Positions 28,754 to 38,951 of a stretch of 64,000 nucleotides of DNA are shown here, in pieces; positions within the stretch are counted from its first letter, which is position 1; each line of letters begins with the position of its first letter. This DNA comes from Myxococcota bacterium (GTDB lineage: Bacteria; Myxococcota_A; Polyangia; Nannocystales; Nannocystaceae). The stretch lies in contig JBCCHT010000039.1 in NCBI GenBank assembly GCA_039028615.1, positions 1 to 64,000 on the forward strand, read 5' to 3'. The translations under genes were made by a program, and so were the position numbers. The notes below the pieces were generated by a model. That model had not been told where the DNA came from, did not search any database, and was given only the letters and a program-made list of their open reading frames with translations.

Positions 28754-29359
28754 TCAGGCGCACGTCTCGTCTTCGAGGCCACGCTCCATGAGCCAGCGGG
28801 TGAGCTCCGTGCGCGAGCCGATGCCCAGCGCGCGATAGGTCCGCTCGAGGTGGCTGGCCACCGTGCGGGGCGTGACGTTGAGGCTCCGGGCAATCTCGGC
28901 GTTGCGGGCCCCCGCGGCCACGAACCGGGCGATCTCCAGCTGGCGCGGCGTGAGCTCTTCGACGGGCTCGTCGGCGTTGGCCGATGCTTTCCGAGACAAG
29001 GTCAGGGTCACGTTGGCCCCGAGCTGAATGCGGTCGCGCTCGCGGATCAACGACACGTCGACCCGACCGCGATTGACGAAGGTTCCATTGGTCGAGTCGA
29101 GATCCACGATGTTGACCACCGTCTTGGAGCCATCGTCGACCAGGATCACCTTGGCGTGCTCACGAGACACTCCTCGTGCCACGATCTGGAAGTCGGCCGC
29201 GGGGCTCTTGCCGATCGATGACACGCGCTTGTTGAGCGCGAATTTCCTCCCCGGCTGCGGACCCGTGACGATTTGCAGCTCGAGCATGCCATCGGGCTCC
29301 TCGAAGGCCACGGGATCCAGCGTCGTCGCGCCCAGCGAATCGTCGGGGTTCATGGTCAT
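28754..29359 (-). CDS. FHA domain + LuxR-type HTH regulator
   Basis: GK...GVSREHA...DLDSTNGTFVN FHA; LTPRQLEI...RNAEIARSLNVTPRTVASHL LuxR; start uncertain. Confidence 0.9.
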   Translation of the reverse strand: MTMNPDDSLGATTLDPVAFEEPDGMLELQIVTGPQPGRKFALNKRVSSIGKSPAADFQIVARGVSREHAKVILVDDGSKTVVNIVDLDSTNGTFVNRGRVDVSLIRERDRIQLGANVTLTLSRKASANADEPVEELTPRQLEIARFVAAGARNAEIARSLNVTPRTVASHLERTYRALGIGSRTELTRWLMERGLEDETCA

Positions 29360-30126
29360 CCTCGTCGTTCCACGAGTCTGGGTTGGGTTTTGGTTCCGTT
29401 CAACCGTCGCGATTCGTTTCCTATCAAAACCGTCAAAGCGCGGCACGAACTGCGTCGTCGGCATCAATGAAATCAGCGCATTACCGGCTCGTCCCCGCTC
29501 GTCATCAACACTACGAAAATTGGCATGAACGGTGACTCGCTTCGTTCATGCGGAACCGAACTCCGACTGCGCAACAGGCGGAGGTCCAGCCCACTCGATC
29601 GGTGACAATTTTCGGCAACGCGGACGTTTTTCGGCCCGCAGATCGAGCGAACGACACGGCTCGCGGCAGGCAAAATCGACCGCTAGGATCGGTCCGTAGC
29701 CGGTAGCATCATCAAAACAGGAATGCTAGTGGTTGGTTTACCACTGACGCTGGACGGAGTCGGTTGCTACCGTCATGAGGTGAGCTGTCGTATCCCGAGA
29801 CGCGCCAAAAATGGCCGTAATCGGCCGCTATTGGCCATTTGTATGGAAACGGCCGAGATCGCGGTCGGAGATCTTCAGCCCCCCTCGTCGCCTCCGGTCT
29901 GGAACCGCGCCCCGCTTCCGCTGAGTGCACGGCTCGATTCCGGCGGTGGAGATGGCGACGACGACGACGCGCGGGGCCACGAGTTCGGCGGCGCCGACGA
30001 CACCTTCGACCGCGACTCGGACCGACGCTGACCATGCCGGGGACGAGTCGCGTCATGCTTCGGTCGAACGACCACTTCCGCGTGCCGTCGTGATCGCTCA
30101 CTGTCGTGATGTCGAAAGACGACATC

Positions 30127-30588
30127 ATGAACATTCGTAGTATCGCAATCAGTACTTCCTTCGGTCTCGCCGCGTTTACCCTCATCGGCTCTGCCTGTGA
30201 CGTCTCGGACGATGGGTCCGAGCCGGGCAACGACGGTCTTCGCCACATCTATTTCGATGCCGCCGAGGTCAACGAAGCGCTCGCCGACAACCCCAACACC
30301 TCGTTCCTCGTCGACCTGTCCGAGGGCAACGTGGTCCACTTCGATCAGCAAGACGAGGACTTCGACTTCTCGGCCTTCACCGCGAAGTGCCCCTCCATGC
30401 CCGCCCCCGTGCCCTTCACACAGATGATCGACAATCTCGATCTGCAGATCGAAGGGGAAGAAGAATGGAGCATGCAGTCCGACCTCACGGACCAGACCCG
30501 CTTCCGCTACATCGGCGGCTGCTGGACCGAGCGTAGCTGCAACAGCGCGGGCACCGACTGCGTCATCACGATGATCGGCGACTGCTGA
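30127..30588 (+). CDS. Lipoprotein with short Cys-rich C-terminal peptide
   Basis: MNIRSIAI...IGSAC lipobox; acidic body; ends FRYIGGCWTERSCNSAGTDCVITMIGDC. Confidence 0.75.
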   Translation: MNIRSIAISTSFGLAAFTLIGSACDVSDDGSEPGNDGLRHIYFDAAEVNEALADNPNTSFLVDLSEGNVVHFDQQDEDFDFSAFTAKCPSMPAPVPFTQMIDNLDLQIEGEEEWSMQSDLTDQTRFRYIGGCWTERSCNSAGTDCVITMIGDC

Positions 30589-30687
30589 GCCACGGCTGGG
30601 CCGAACTCGCCCCCTGGGAGGGTTCGGCTCGGCGCCCTCGGGGGCGCGCTTGACCGCGGGCCGAACCCGGCGCACCATCGCCGCGCC

Positions 30688-31335
30688 GTGGCCCGCAGTC
30701 GCTCGAAAAACAAGATCTACATCGTAGACGTCAACGGTACGCTACGAGAGTTCGACAACTGGCCCGCCTGCCAGGCCTTCGTGCACGGCAAGCCCTATCC
30801 CTTCGCAGGGGGTGTCGACCGCGAGGCGGCCCTGGCCAAGCTCGGCCGCAGCCGCGGTGCCCAGCTGCGGCACCACGACCGCAAGGCCAGCGGCTCGGGC
30901 GGCACCTCCAGCCGGTCCTCGAGTGGTCGCGGCGTGCGGTCCATCGGCGCGAAGCCGACCGAGGGCATCTGCGCCGATGCGGGCACGCACGGCAACCCCG
31001 GCCCTTGCGAGTACCAGGTCTGCGATCTGGCGGGCACCCGCCTCGCCCACGAGCACCTGGGCGTGCACTCGAACAACTACGCCGAGCTCAGCGGCATCGA
31101 GGCGATGATCGAGCATGCCCTCGCCCACGGCCAGACCAAGCTGTGGACCGACTCCAAGATCGCCATGGGCTGGATCGCCACCGGGCGGGTGGGCGCGACG
31201 GTGCACGAGCGTGACGTCATCGTCGCCATGGCCAAGCGCATCGCCAACAAGCTCGACGACAACCCGACGCTCGAGCTGTGCAAGTGGCACACCAAGGTCT
31301 GGGGCGAGATCCCGGCCGACTTCGGCCGCAAGTAG
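30688..31335 (+). CDS. rnhA: Ribonuclease HI with N-terminal hybrid-binding (viroplasmin-like) domain
   Basis: FDNWPACQAFVHG hybrid-binding domain; DAGTHGNPG, NNYAEL, WTDS..A..W and KWHTKVWGEIPADFGRK motifs. Confidence 0.88.
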   Translation: MARSRSKNKIYIVDVNGTLREFDNWPACQAFVHGKPYPFAGGVDREAALAKLGRSRGAQLRHHDRKASGSGGTSSRSSSGRGVRSIGAKPTEGICADAGTHGNPGPCEYQVCDLAGTRLAHEHLGVHSNNYAELSGIEAMIEHALAHGQTKLWTDSKIAMGWIATGRVGATVHERDVIVAMAKRIANKLDDNPTLELCKWHTKVWGEIPADFGRK

Positions 31336-31399
31336 CGTCCCCAAACGACGACGCCAGGGACATGCCCTGGCGTCGGTGGTCGTGGGAACCGGTAGTGCG

Positions 31400-32806
31400 C
31401 TATGGCATCACGCACTGGCCCGTGCCGTCGTCGACGCCGCCCGTCTGCCAGCACACGACCCACTCGTCCAGGTAGTCGTAGCGGCCCTGGACATACTCCC
31501 GAAGCTCTTCGACCTTGTTGTAGTAGAGGTCGTTGTCGTAGGGCTTGTTGGGATCGGTGATGACCGCCTCTTCGATCTGGTTGGACATCATGTCGATCCA
31601 GCCCAGCATCTTCTCGGGGTCGTAGCTGTCGTGCACCATCGTGTCGATGGTGTCGACGTAGAAGTCGAAGTACGCCGGGTCGGTGAGCGCCATCGTGTAG
31701 AAGGGGCGCCCGTGCGTGGTCGGCTTCTCGAACAAGTACGGATCGGGGTTGATCGGGTACTCACCGTCGGGCTCGTCGTTGAAGCGCTCGAAGGTGTTGT
31801 CCAGGTCCCAGGGCAGGAGCACGAAGCGCCCCCGCACGGGGTCGTCGTACATGTAGAAGTTGAGCCCGCCCGCCCAGGAGCCGTCGGAGTCCGGGATGAT
31901 CGCCTCGGCCGCGTAGGTCCGCAGCGCCTGCTCGATGTCGAGGAACTCCTCGAGCTCCTCCAGCGTCTTCGCGTCTCGCATGTCGTCGAGACGGTCGTCG
32001 TTGCTGGTGTCCTTGTTGGTCTTGAGCTGCCAGTTCGCGCGCTTCCACAGGTCGCCTGAAGGGTCCTCCATGGCGCGCTGCAGGTAGGCCTCGTCGATCT
32101 TCTCGAGGTTGGTGAAGACGCCGTAGTACTCGCCGTTGACGACCAGCCGGGCATTGTTGGCACAGCCCGCCCGCACCCCGGCGTCACGCATGAACATCAG
32201 GCCGAGACGGTCGCGCAGCAGGTGCCGGTTGTAGGTCGCGGCGTCGAGGGCCAGGCGCTTGAGGCCAAGGAAGTGACCGTCGGGATCCTGCGTGTGGAAC
32301 CCGATCTGAAATTGCATCTTGTCCTCGGGCAGGGGATCCCAGTAGGTCGGGTTGCCGCGGAGGCGAATCGCCGCGTCCGTGATGACGACGTCCTGGTACT
32401 TGAACTCGACGAGCGAATGGTAGGGCTTGGTCTCGACGCCCGCGTCCTCGTTGGCCTGCCCGTTGTTCCATTCCCACTCGAGCTGCTCCCACAGCGCTTC
32501 GTGAATGGTGATCTCGAAGGTGGGCAGGTTGTCCTGCGCATAGATGGCGTGACAGCCCTCTTCGTCGGTCGGCGGAATGTCCTCGTTGGGATCGGGACCC
32601 GGGTCGCCCATGTCTGGAGCCATGCCCGTCGAGCTTTCTCCCTCCGACGATTCATCGGCAGGGGAAACCTCCGTGGTGCCCACGGGAGCGGTGGTGGAGC
32701 TGCTTCCACCGGAGTCGCCTGCGGTCGCGGGCGCATCCGAGTTACACGCCAGCAGACCGCCGCAGGCGGTGGCGAACAACCACTGTTTGGAGAGTGCAAG
32801 CTTCAT
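31400..32806 (-). CDS. CotH kinase-family lipoprotein
   Basis: IRLRGN, VNGEYYGVFTNLEKID, DG..AG..NFYMY and LLPWDLDNTF motifs; LLAC lipobox. Confidence 0.9.
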   Translation of the reverse strand: MKLALSKQWLFATACGGLLACNSDAPATAGDSGGSSSTTAPVGTTEVSPADESSEGESSTGMAPDMGDPGPDPNEDIPPTDEEGCHAIYAQDNLPTFEITIHEALWEQLEWEWNNGQANEDAGVETKPYHSLVEFKYQDVVITDAAIRLRGNPTYWDPLPEDKMQFQIGFHTQDPDGHFLGLKRLALDAATYNRHLLRDRLGLMFMRDAGVRAGCANNARLVVNGEYYGVFTNLEKIDEAYLQRAMEDPSGDLWKRANWQLKTNKDTSNDDRLDDMRDAKTLEELEEFLDIEQALRTYAAEAIIPDSDGSWAGGLNFYMYDDPVRGRFVLLPWDLDNTFERFNDEPDGEYPINPDPYLFEKPTTHGRPFYTMALTDPAYFDFYVDTIDTMVHDSYDPEKMLGWIDMMSNQIEEAVITDPNKPYDNDLYYNKVEELREYVQGRYDYLDEWVVCWQTGGVDDGTGQCVMP

Positions 32807-33099
32807 CGGATCGAATCGGGAATGGGTCCAGTCCACGACGCGGCGCGCCAAAATGCACCTGCCGCCAACGCAATCAGACTAACACGGAAGACTGCTGAAC
32901 CGTGGCCCATCGTGCGCCGTGCAGCGACGGCGGCGGCGCCAGACAATGCCAGTACACCGCACCGTAGACACTCACCTCGTCCGACCTCGGTGCCACCTTC
33001 ACCACAAGGATCGTGTTCAGCATCGTCGCGAAAAACGAGCGCCGAACCATCGCCATGTCGTGATGCCGCCGCGATCTGATAGGGTCTTTGTCGTTCAAC

Positions 33100-33882
33100 A
33101 TGCTTACGCTTTCTCGCCAGCCCCGTTGCGCCTCCCTCGCCTTCGCTACCAGTCTGTCGTGCTTTGCGTTCGGCTGTAACCAGGCCGATCCGATGGTGGC
33201 CGACGGCTCCTCGTCGGGCGGCGACGCGGGAGACACCACCGGGGTGGCCGACAGCAGCGATGGTGGAGAGGAAAGCACCACCGCCCCCGCCGATACCGAA
33301 GAGCCCCCGGCCGAGGCCGACTACTTCCCGCTGGCCGACGGGGCGACCTGGACGTACCAGCACACCACGCAGGATCAGCAGGTGTGGGACGAGGTGGTCG
33401 TCATGCGCGAGGTCGAGTTCAACGGCATGACCGCCTACGAGCAGGAGGACAACGGCAACAACGGCGAGAGCAGCACCAGCACCCTCGTTCGCGACGGCAC
33501 GGCCACGATGCGGGTGCACAAGCAGGTCAACCTCGGCAGCGCGGTGCTGATGGACGTCGAGTACGATCCCGGCTTCCTGCGCTTCGACAACAGCTGGGGC
33601 GAGGGCGACTCGGTCGTGTGGGCCTACAGCCGGGCGGAGTACGACGCCAACGGCATGCTGGTGGACGACACCCCGCGCAATCAGCTCTACACGGTGGAGT
33701 CGATGTCGGTGGAGGTCACCGTACCCGCGGGGACCTTCGACTGCGTGCAGGTCCTGCGCGAGCGGGTGGAGACGGGCGAGCTCAAGCGCTTTTGGTTCGC
33801 CGACGGCGTCGGCAAGATCAAGCACGAGACGGTGCAGACCGGCGCCACCGAGGAGCTGTCGGCCTACGACATCCCGGGATGA
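33100..33882 (+). CDS. Hypothetical lipoprotein (YFPL / VTVPAGTF family)
   Basis: AFGC lipobox; DYFPLADGATWTY, VTVPAGTFDC and WFADGVGKIK motifs. Confidence 0.8.
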   Translation: MLTLSRQPRCASLAFATSLSCFAFGCNQADPMVADGSSSGGDAGDTTGVADSSDGGEESTTAPADTEEPPAEADYFPLADGATWTYQHTTQDQQVWDEVVVMREVEFNGMTAYEQEDNGNNGESSTSTLVRDGTATMRVHKQVNLGSAVLMDVEYDPGFLRFDNSWGEGDSVVWAYSRAEYDANGMLVDDTPRNQLYTVESMSVEVTVPAGTFDCVQVLRERVETGELKRFWFADGVGKIKHETVQTGATEELSAYDIPG

Positions 33883-33893
33883 AGGGCCGCGCC

Positions 33894-33916
33894 CGCGGGC
33901 CTCGGAAAGGCCCGCG
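33894..33916. terminator. Hairpin between convergent genes
   Basis: CGCGGGCCT-cggaa-AGGCCCGCG. Confidence 0.55.
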
Positions 33917-33943
33917 TCGCCAGTACGATTGCCGACCGCACGC

Positions 33944-35284
33944 TCAGGTCAGACCGGGCAGCTCGCCGTCGCTATACGCCGGGTTGCCGAACTGATCGTC
34001 GGGGATGCCCATCGCGTTTTGTAGCGACACGAACAGCTGGTTGTGCGTGGCCGTGCTGCCCTGCACCACGTAGCGCCCCGTGTTGAAGAAGCCACCCGCA
34101 CTCCCCGCGGTGACGTAGGGCATGGCGCGGCGGTCATGGTTGTTGCCCTTGGCCTGCTCGTTGACCCACACCAACACGCAGTTGTCGAAGAGCGTGCCGT
34201 CGCCCTCGGGGATCGACTTGAGTCGATCGATGAGGTACGCGAACTGCTCGGCGAACCAGATGTTGACCCGGGTGTTCTGCTCGACCTTGGGCGTGTCCTC
34301 GTCGCCCTTGTGGGCGAGCGAGTGATGCCCTTCCCTGAGGTCCTCGCCCAAGAACCCATAGACGTAGTCGGCCACCGAGTGGGTCCACATCAGCGTGCCG
34401 ACGCGTGTCAGATCGCAGGCCATGGCCATGACCATGATGTCCATCTGCAGCTGACCGATCTCCGGCAGCAGGTCGACCCGGGTGGGATCGATCTCGGGGA
34501 TGTCGATCATCTGGCACTCGCCCCCGAACTCCACGCCGTTGCGTTGCAGGCGGCCCTGGATGTCGGCGAGCGAGGAGATGTGAATCTCGAGCTTCTCGCG
34601 GTCCTGGTCCTCCATGCGGTCGGCCAGGCGCTGGTAGTCCATGGAGACCTGCTCCAGCAGTCGCTGCCGACGAACGCGTTGGTCCTCGATCTCGTTCGAC
34701 GACGCCTCGGGGTCGCCGAAGATCCGCGTGTACGCGGCGGCAGGATCGTTCTCCGGGGGGATGGGCTCGCCCGCGCCGCGGTAGTTGATGCGCCCGCTGA
34801 CGTCGGACTTGCCCACCAGCACCCCGAGCTCGAGCGAAGGGAACAAGGTGTCTTGGCCGACCGCCTGGGCGATCTTTTGGTCGATGGAGATGCCGCCCGC
34901 CCAACCGGCGGACTCGCCCGCGTCGCCGGCGAAGTTGCCTTCGAGCAGCTCGGTGGCGGTCAGGCACTGCCCCGTGCCCTTTTGGTGGGCATCGCCGGGA
35001 CCGCTGAACGCCGACTCCATGTCGACATTGCCCAAGATGAGCAGGTCCTCGCGATGGGCCTCGAGCGGGGTGAGGATGGGGCTGAGCTCGAAGTCGGTCT
35101 CGCCCCCCTCCGGCCAGAAGTTGTGCGGCACCGTGCCGTTGGGCGTGTAAAAGAAGATGATGCGCTTGTGCGGCTCACCGTGATCGGCAAAGGCCGGGCG
35201 GTAGCTCGAGACCAGCGGCAGCGCGAGAGCCGAGGTGCCCAGGTAGCGCAGCATGTCCCGGCGCGTCGGACGAATGATGCTCAT
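33944..35284 (-). CDS. DUF1552-domain protein (Tat signal)
   Basis: TRRDML Tat motif; YTPNGT, SIDQKIA, ACDLTRV, HHSLAH and EGDGTLFDN motifs. Confidence 0.9.
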   Translation of the reverse strand: MSIIRPTRRDMLRYLGTSALALPLVSSYRPAFADHGEPHKRIIFFYTPNGTVPHNFWPEGGETDFELSPILTPLEAHREDLLILGNVDMESAFSGPGDAHQKGTGQCLTATELLEGNFAGDAGESAGWAGGISIDQKIAQAVGQDTLFPSLELGVLVGKSDVSGRINYRGAGEPIPPENDPAAAYTRIFGDPEASSNEIEDQRVRRQRLLEQVSMDYQRLADRMEDQDREKLEIHISSLADIQGRLQRNGVEFGGECQMIDIPEIDPTRVDLLPEIGQLQMDIMVMAMACDLTRVGTLMWTHSVADYVYGFLGEDLREGHHSLAHKGDEDTPKVEQNTRVNIWFAEQFAYLIDRLKSIPEGDGTLFDNCVLVWVNEQAKGNNHDRRAMPYVTAGSAGGFFNTGRYVVQGSTATHNQLFVSLQNAMGIPDDQFGNPAYSDGELPGLT

Positions 35285-36954
35285 TGTTCTTCCTCCCACT
35301 GCCCGGGGACCCGGCGGTAGCGGAATGCGTGGGTCTGCGTGAGCGCCACGAGTAGCTCTTGGATGCGGAACTCCGAGCGGGCGAAGGCCTCACGCACCAG
35401 CGCGAGGCTCTCGTCGTCGGCATCGGTCTCGCCTCGACCGTGGGCGAAGCGGAACCATTGGGTGGTCACGCAGTCGCGGACCTGTTGGCTGCCGCCCATG
35501 GCCGCGCCGAACTCGACGACGCCGTTGAACGCTCCGTCGATGTCGGTGGTGGCGATGAACTCTCCGCTCGCGTCGATGGGCAGGCCGTTTTCATCGTCGC
35601 GCCAGCGCCCCATCGCGTCGAAGTGCTCGAAGCCGAGGCCGAGCGGGTCGAGCATCTGGTGACAGCTGCTACACAACGGATCGGTCTTGTGCTGCTCGAG
35701 CTGCTGCCGGGTCGTCTGCGAGATGTCGACGTCGGGCGCCTCGGGGACGACGTCGGGGGGTGGCGGAGGGATCTGGCACAGCAGACGCTCGCGCACGAAC
35801 TTGCCGCGGTGGACGGGCGAGGTGCGGTTGGGCTTGGCGTACAGCGCCAGCAGCCCCGCCTGGGTCAGGAAGCCGGAGTAACGCGCCGGGTCGAGCTCGA
35901 CCCGCACGAACTGCTCCTCGGTCGCCCCCGGAGCATCGAAGCCGTAGAACTCGGCCAGCGGCTGGTTGACGATGGTGAAGGGCGCGGTGAACAGGGTGTC
36001 GAGCGTCGCGTCGGCATCGAAGACCGCGAACTCGAAGAAGCCCTCGGTCTCCTGCTGCAGCAGCGGCAGGATGTCGGGGTCGTAGTCGGGGAACATCTCG
36101 GTGTCCTTGCCGATGCCGGCGAGGACCTCGGTGACCTTCTCGAGCTCGAGCCACTGACGATGGAAATTGCGCACGGCCTCGCGGGCCCGCGGCGCCCGGA
36201 GCAAGCGTCGCGCCTGCTGCTCGAGCTGCTCGGGGGTGCGGAGCTCGTCGGCATCGGCCGCGTCGATGAGGATGCGATCGGGCGGGCTGTTCCAGAACAA
36301 GAACGAAAGCCGCGTCGCCATCTCGTGCGGCGACAGCTCGTCGATGCCCTCGGCGTTGGGCTCGTTGCGCCCGAACTCCACCCGGTACAGGAAGTGGGGC
36401 GATTGCAGCATGCCCGCCACCACCAGCTCGACACCGCTGAGCGCATCGAAGCCGCCGTCCAGCGCGGTGCCGTCGGAGAAGACGGCAAACCACTCGGTGA
36501 CCTCGTCGTCGGCCATGGGACGACGGAAGACCTCCTTGCCGAAGCTGCGGATCCACGCCTGCGACTGCGTCGTGCAGCCTCCGTCGAGGCTCGTGGCGTT
36601 GGCACAGCTGGCCAGCGTGGCGAGGATGGTGGGGCTGTGCTTGACCGCGAGATTCTCGGCTGCGGTGAGGAACTGCTCGGCGAGCAAGGGGCTCACCACC
36701 AGCGCGGAGGCCTGGTTGTTGAAGCCCAGCGCGGTCTCCTCGGGCGCGAAGGCCAGGGCCGGCTGCGAGGTGTCACCGAAGATCTGAAAGACCGCGTTGT
36801 TGTACTCGAGCCGCGTGAGTCGGCGCAGCGGCGACGGACCCGGGTCACCGATCGAGATGCCCTCGTCGGGATCCTCGCCGCCGCAGCTGCTGGCCGCGAC
36901 CAGCAGCGAGGCGACCGCCCCCCACGCCACGCTCCGGGCCGCCGTAGTCTTCAT
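35281..36954 (-). CDS. DUF1587/1595/1592/1588/1585 (PSCyt-type) c-type heme protein
   Basis: LRRLTRLEYNN, LQSPHFLYR, TSPVHRG, CSSCH heme motif and DPLGLGFEHFD. Confidence 0.9.
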   Translation of the reverse strand: MKTTAARSVAWGAVASLLVAASSCGGEDPDEGISIGDPGPSPLRRLTRLEYNNAVFQIFGDTSQPALAFAPEETALGFNNQASALVVSPLLAEQFLTAAENLAVKHSPTILATLASCANATSLDGGCTTQSQAWIRSFGKEVFRRPMADDEVTEWFAVFSDGTALDGGFDALSGVELVVAGMLQSPHFLYRVEFGRNEPNAEGIDELSPHEMATRLSFLFWNSPPDRILIDAADADELRTPEQLEQQARRLLRAPRAREAVRNFHRQWLELEKVTEVLAGIGKDTEMFPDYDPDILPLLQQETEGFFEFAVFDADATLDTLFTAPFTIVNQPLAEFYGFDAPGATEEQFVRVELDPARYSGFLTQAGLLALYAKPNRTSPVHRGKFVRERLLCQIPPPPPDVVPEAPDVDISQTTRQQLEQHKTDPLCSSCHQMLDPLGLGFEHFDAMGRWRDDENGLPIDASGEFIATTDIDGAFNGVVEFGAAMGGSQQVRDCVTTQWFRFAHGRGETDADDESLALVREAFARSEFRIQELLVALTQTHAFRYRRVPGQWEEEQ

Positions 36955-38951
36955 GGTGCGGCAACCTTGGCGACGTAGCCGTCGCTGCTGCCGTACCCGG
37001 TGATGGACCCCAGGGGAGCGAAGTCGAAGCCCGAGGAGAAGAAGCGACCGGCGACGACGGAGTGGCCTTCGGGGCTGACGTCGACGGAGAGCGCGGACTC
37101 GGTGCCCGCTCCGCCCCAGCGCTGCGCATCGATGAAGCCCCCGTCGGCGTCGAAGCGAGCGAGGTAGGCGTCGATCTTGCCCGCGCTGATGGTGTCACCC
37201 GAGCCGCCGAAGAAGGCCGCGCCCGCGATGGAGCCCGCCAAGTGGATGGTGTCGTCGGGCCCGATGGCGAGCCCCGGCCACGTGTTGGTCTCGAAGTCGC
37301 TTTCGAACTGGTCGCGGTCGTCACCGAAGCCGTAGGCCCAGATCGCGTTGCCGTCGGGATCGAAGCGCGCGAGGAAGATGTCACGCAAGCCGCCGCTCTC
37401 GATGAGTCCCGTGGCCCCGCCGAACTCGAGCTGATCGGTGAACGACCCGGTGACGACGATGTCGCCGTTGTTGGCCAGCGCCAGGTCGTAGCCCTGGTCG
37501 GCTCCGCTGTCGCCCGCGGACAAGACCCACAGCGGCGCGCCGTCGGGGTCGTACTTGCCGATGATGACGTCGGTGCCGTCGTTGGCATCGAGCTGCTCGG
37601 CGCCGAAGCTCACCGACTCGGAGAAGTAGCCGGTGAAGTAGACGCCCGAGGCATCGGCCGCGATGCCCCAGCCGTAGTCGTCCCCCGCCCCGCCGATGCG
37701 GTTGGCCCACAGGACCTGACCGTTTTGCGCGGCCAGCTTGATCACGAACAGGTCGCGAAGACCCTGGCTGGCGAATTGGGTGCCGCCGAAGGTGCCGTCG
37801 CCCGTGAAGGTACCCGCCACGTAGACGTTGCCCGAAGGATCGACCGCCACTCGCTCGCTGCGGTCGGGGTCGATGCCGCCGACCATGTTGCTCCACTGCA
37901 GCGAACCGTTGCTGCCGAAGCGGGCGATGAACACGTCGTCGGTGCCCAAGGCATCGTGCGGCGTGCCGCCGAAGTCGATGATGCCGAAGGCCCGGCCGAT
38001 GACCACGATGTTGCCATCGCCGTCGACGACCACGTCGCCCGCGTACTGGTTGCTGCTGTCGCCGAACTGCCGCGTCCAGATCGGGTTGCCGAACTCGTCG
38101 AGGCGCTCGAGGAAGATGTCGTGCTTGCCGTTGTCGGAGACGTGCGGGCCGTCGCCGAAGATGACCGTGCCCTCGAAGTCACCGGCCACGATGACGTCAC
38201 CCGTGGAGCGATCGACCGCGACCGCCCGCGCCTGCTGGCTGTCTTCTTGATGGAAGCCGAGCAGCCAAGTGTCGGTGCACTCGGGGGTCAGGCCATCGCA
38301 GTTGTCGTCGGTATCGGTGAAGCAGTCCTCGAAGACGGGCGCCGTCTCGCCCTCGCAGGGGCCCCACAGCGCGTCGTCGAGGCACCGCTGCATGCCGCCG
38401 ATGCAGGCGGCCACGCCCTCGGTCTCGGGCAGGCCGGAGTAGCACTCGCGCATGTCGCCGGGCGTGCACATCTCGGGCACGGGACCGTCGTCGTCTTCGG
38501 TCTCGCCCTCGTCGTCTTCGGTCTCGCCGTCGTCACCCGTGGTGCCTTCACCACCGCCGGGAGGCACCAGGCCCGAGACCCACTCCACGACGCACTGCAC
38601 GTCTTCTTCGGGCAGAGGCGGCATACCGAGCGGCATGACCACGCCGCACGAGGGGTCGGGCATCATCTTTTCGATCAGCACGCTGCCCTGGGGATCCGAA
38701 GGATCGGCGATCACCCCGGGACACTGCGTCGCCGGCTGGAGCACGATGCGGGTCTCGAGACCCGGCGAGACCAGGTCGAGGTTGGCCGCAGGCGTCGTGC
38801 CTTCGTGGCATGCAGCGGTCGAACAATTGTCGACGAACAACTGCGGCACATCGACCTCGGCACATCGATCTTCGGTGCTCGGACCGGGGTCCGAACCCTT
38901 GCACCCCGATGTCGCCGCGATGAGCCCCGCTAGGGTTATCCAATGCTTCAT
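36951..38951 (-). CDS. Lipoprotein: c-type-cytochrome-like domain + Cys-rich linker + beta-propeller repeats
   Basis: TSGC lipobox; CSTAACH...MP heme-like motif; about seven D.F..R.D..G...W....G repeats. Confidence 0.8.
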   Translation of the reverse strand: MKHWITLAGLIAATSGCKGSDPGPSTEDRCAEVDVPQLFVDNCSTAACHEGTTPAANLDLVSPGLETRIVLQPATQCPGVIADPSDPQGSVLIEKMMPDPSCGVVMPLGMPPLPEEDVQCVVEWVSGLVPPGGGEGTTGDDGETEDDEGETEDDDGPVPEMCTPGDMRECYSGLPETEGVAACIGGMQRCLDDALWGPCEGETAPVFEDCFTDTDDNCDGLTPECTDTWLLGFHQEDSQQARAVAVDRSTGDVIVAGDFEGTVIFGDGPHVSDNGKHDIFLERLDEFGNPIWTRQFGDSSNQYAGDVVVDGDGNIVVIGRAFGIIDFGGTPHDALGTDDVFIARFGSNGSLQWSNMVGGIDPDRSERVAVDPSGNVYVAGTFTGDGTFGGTQFASQGLRDLFVIKLAAQNGQVLWANRIGGAGDDYGWGIAADASGVYFTGYFSESVSFGAEQLDANDGTDVIIGKYDPDGAPLWVLSAGDSGADQGYDLALANNGDIVVTGSFTDQLEFGGATGLIESGGLRDIFLARFDPDGNAIWAYGFGDDRDQFESDFETNTWPGLAIGPDDTIHLAGSIAGAAFFGGSGDTISAGKIDAYLARFDADGGFIDAQRWGGAGTESALSVDVSPEGHSVVAGRFFSSGFDFAPLGSITGYGSSDGYVAKVAAP

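Noticed and set aside
26057..29221. 1054-aa plus-strand ORF (and similar long ORFs 13254-15962, 48520-51375, 43043-45175, 51562-53730)
   Set aside because: Antisense shadows of genes with clear motifs; long stop-free frames are expected at this GC content.
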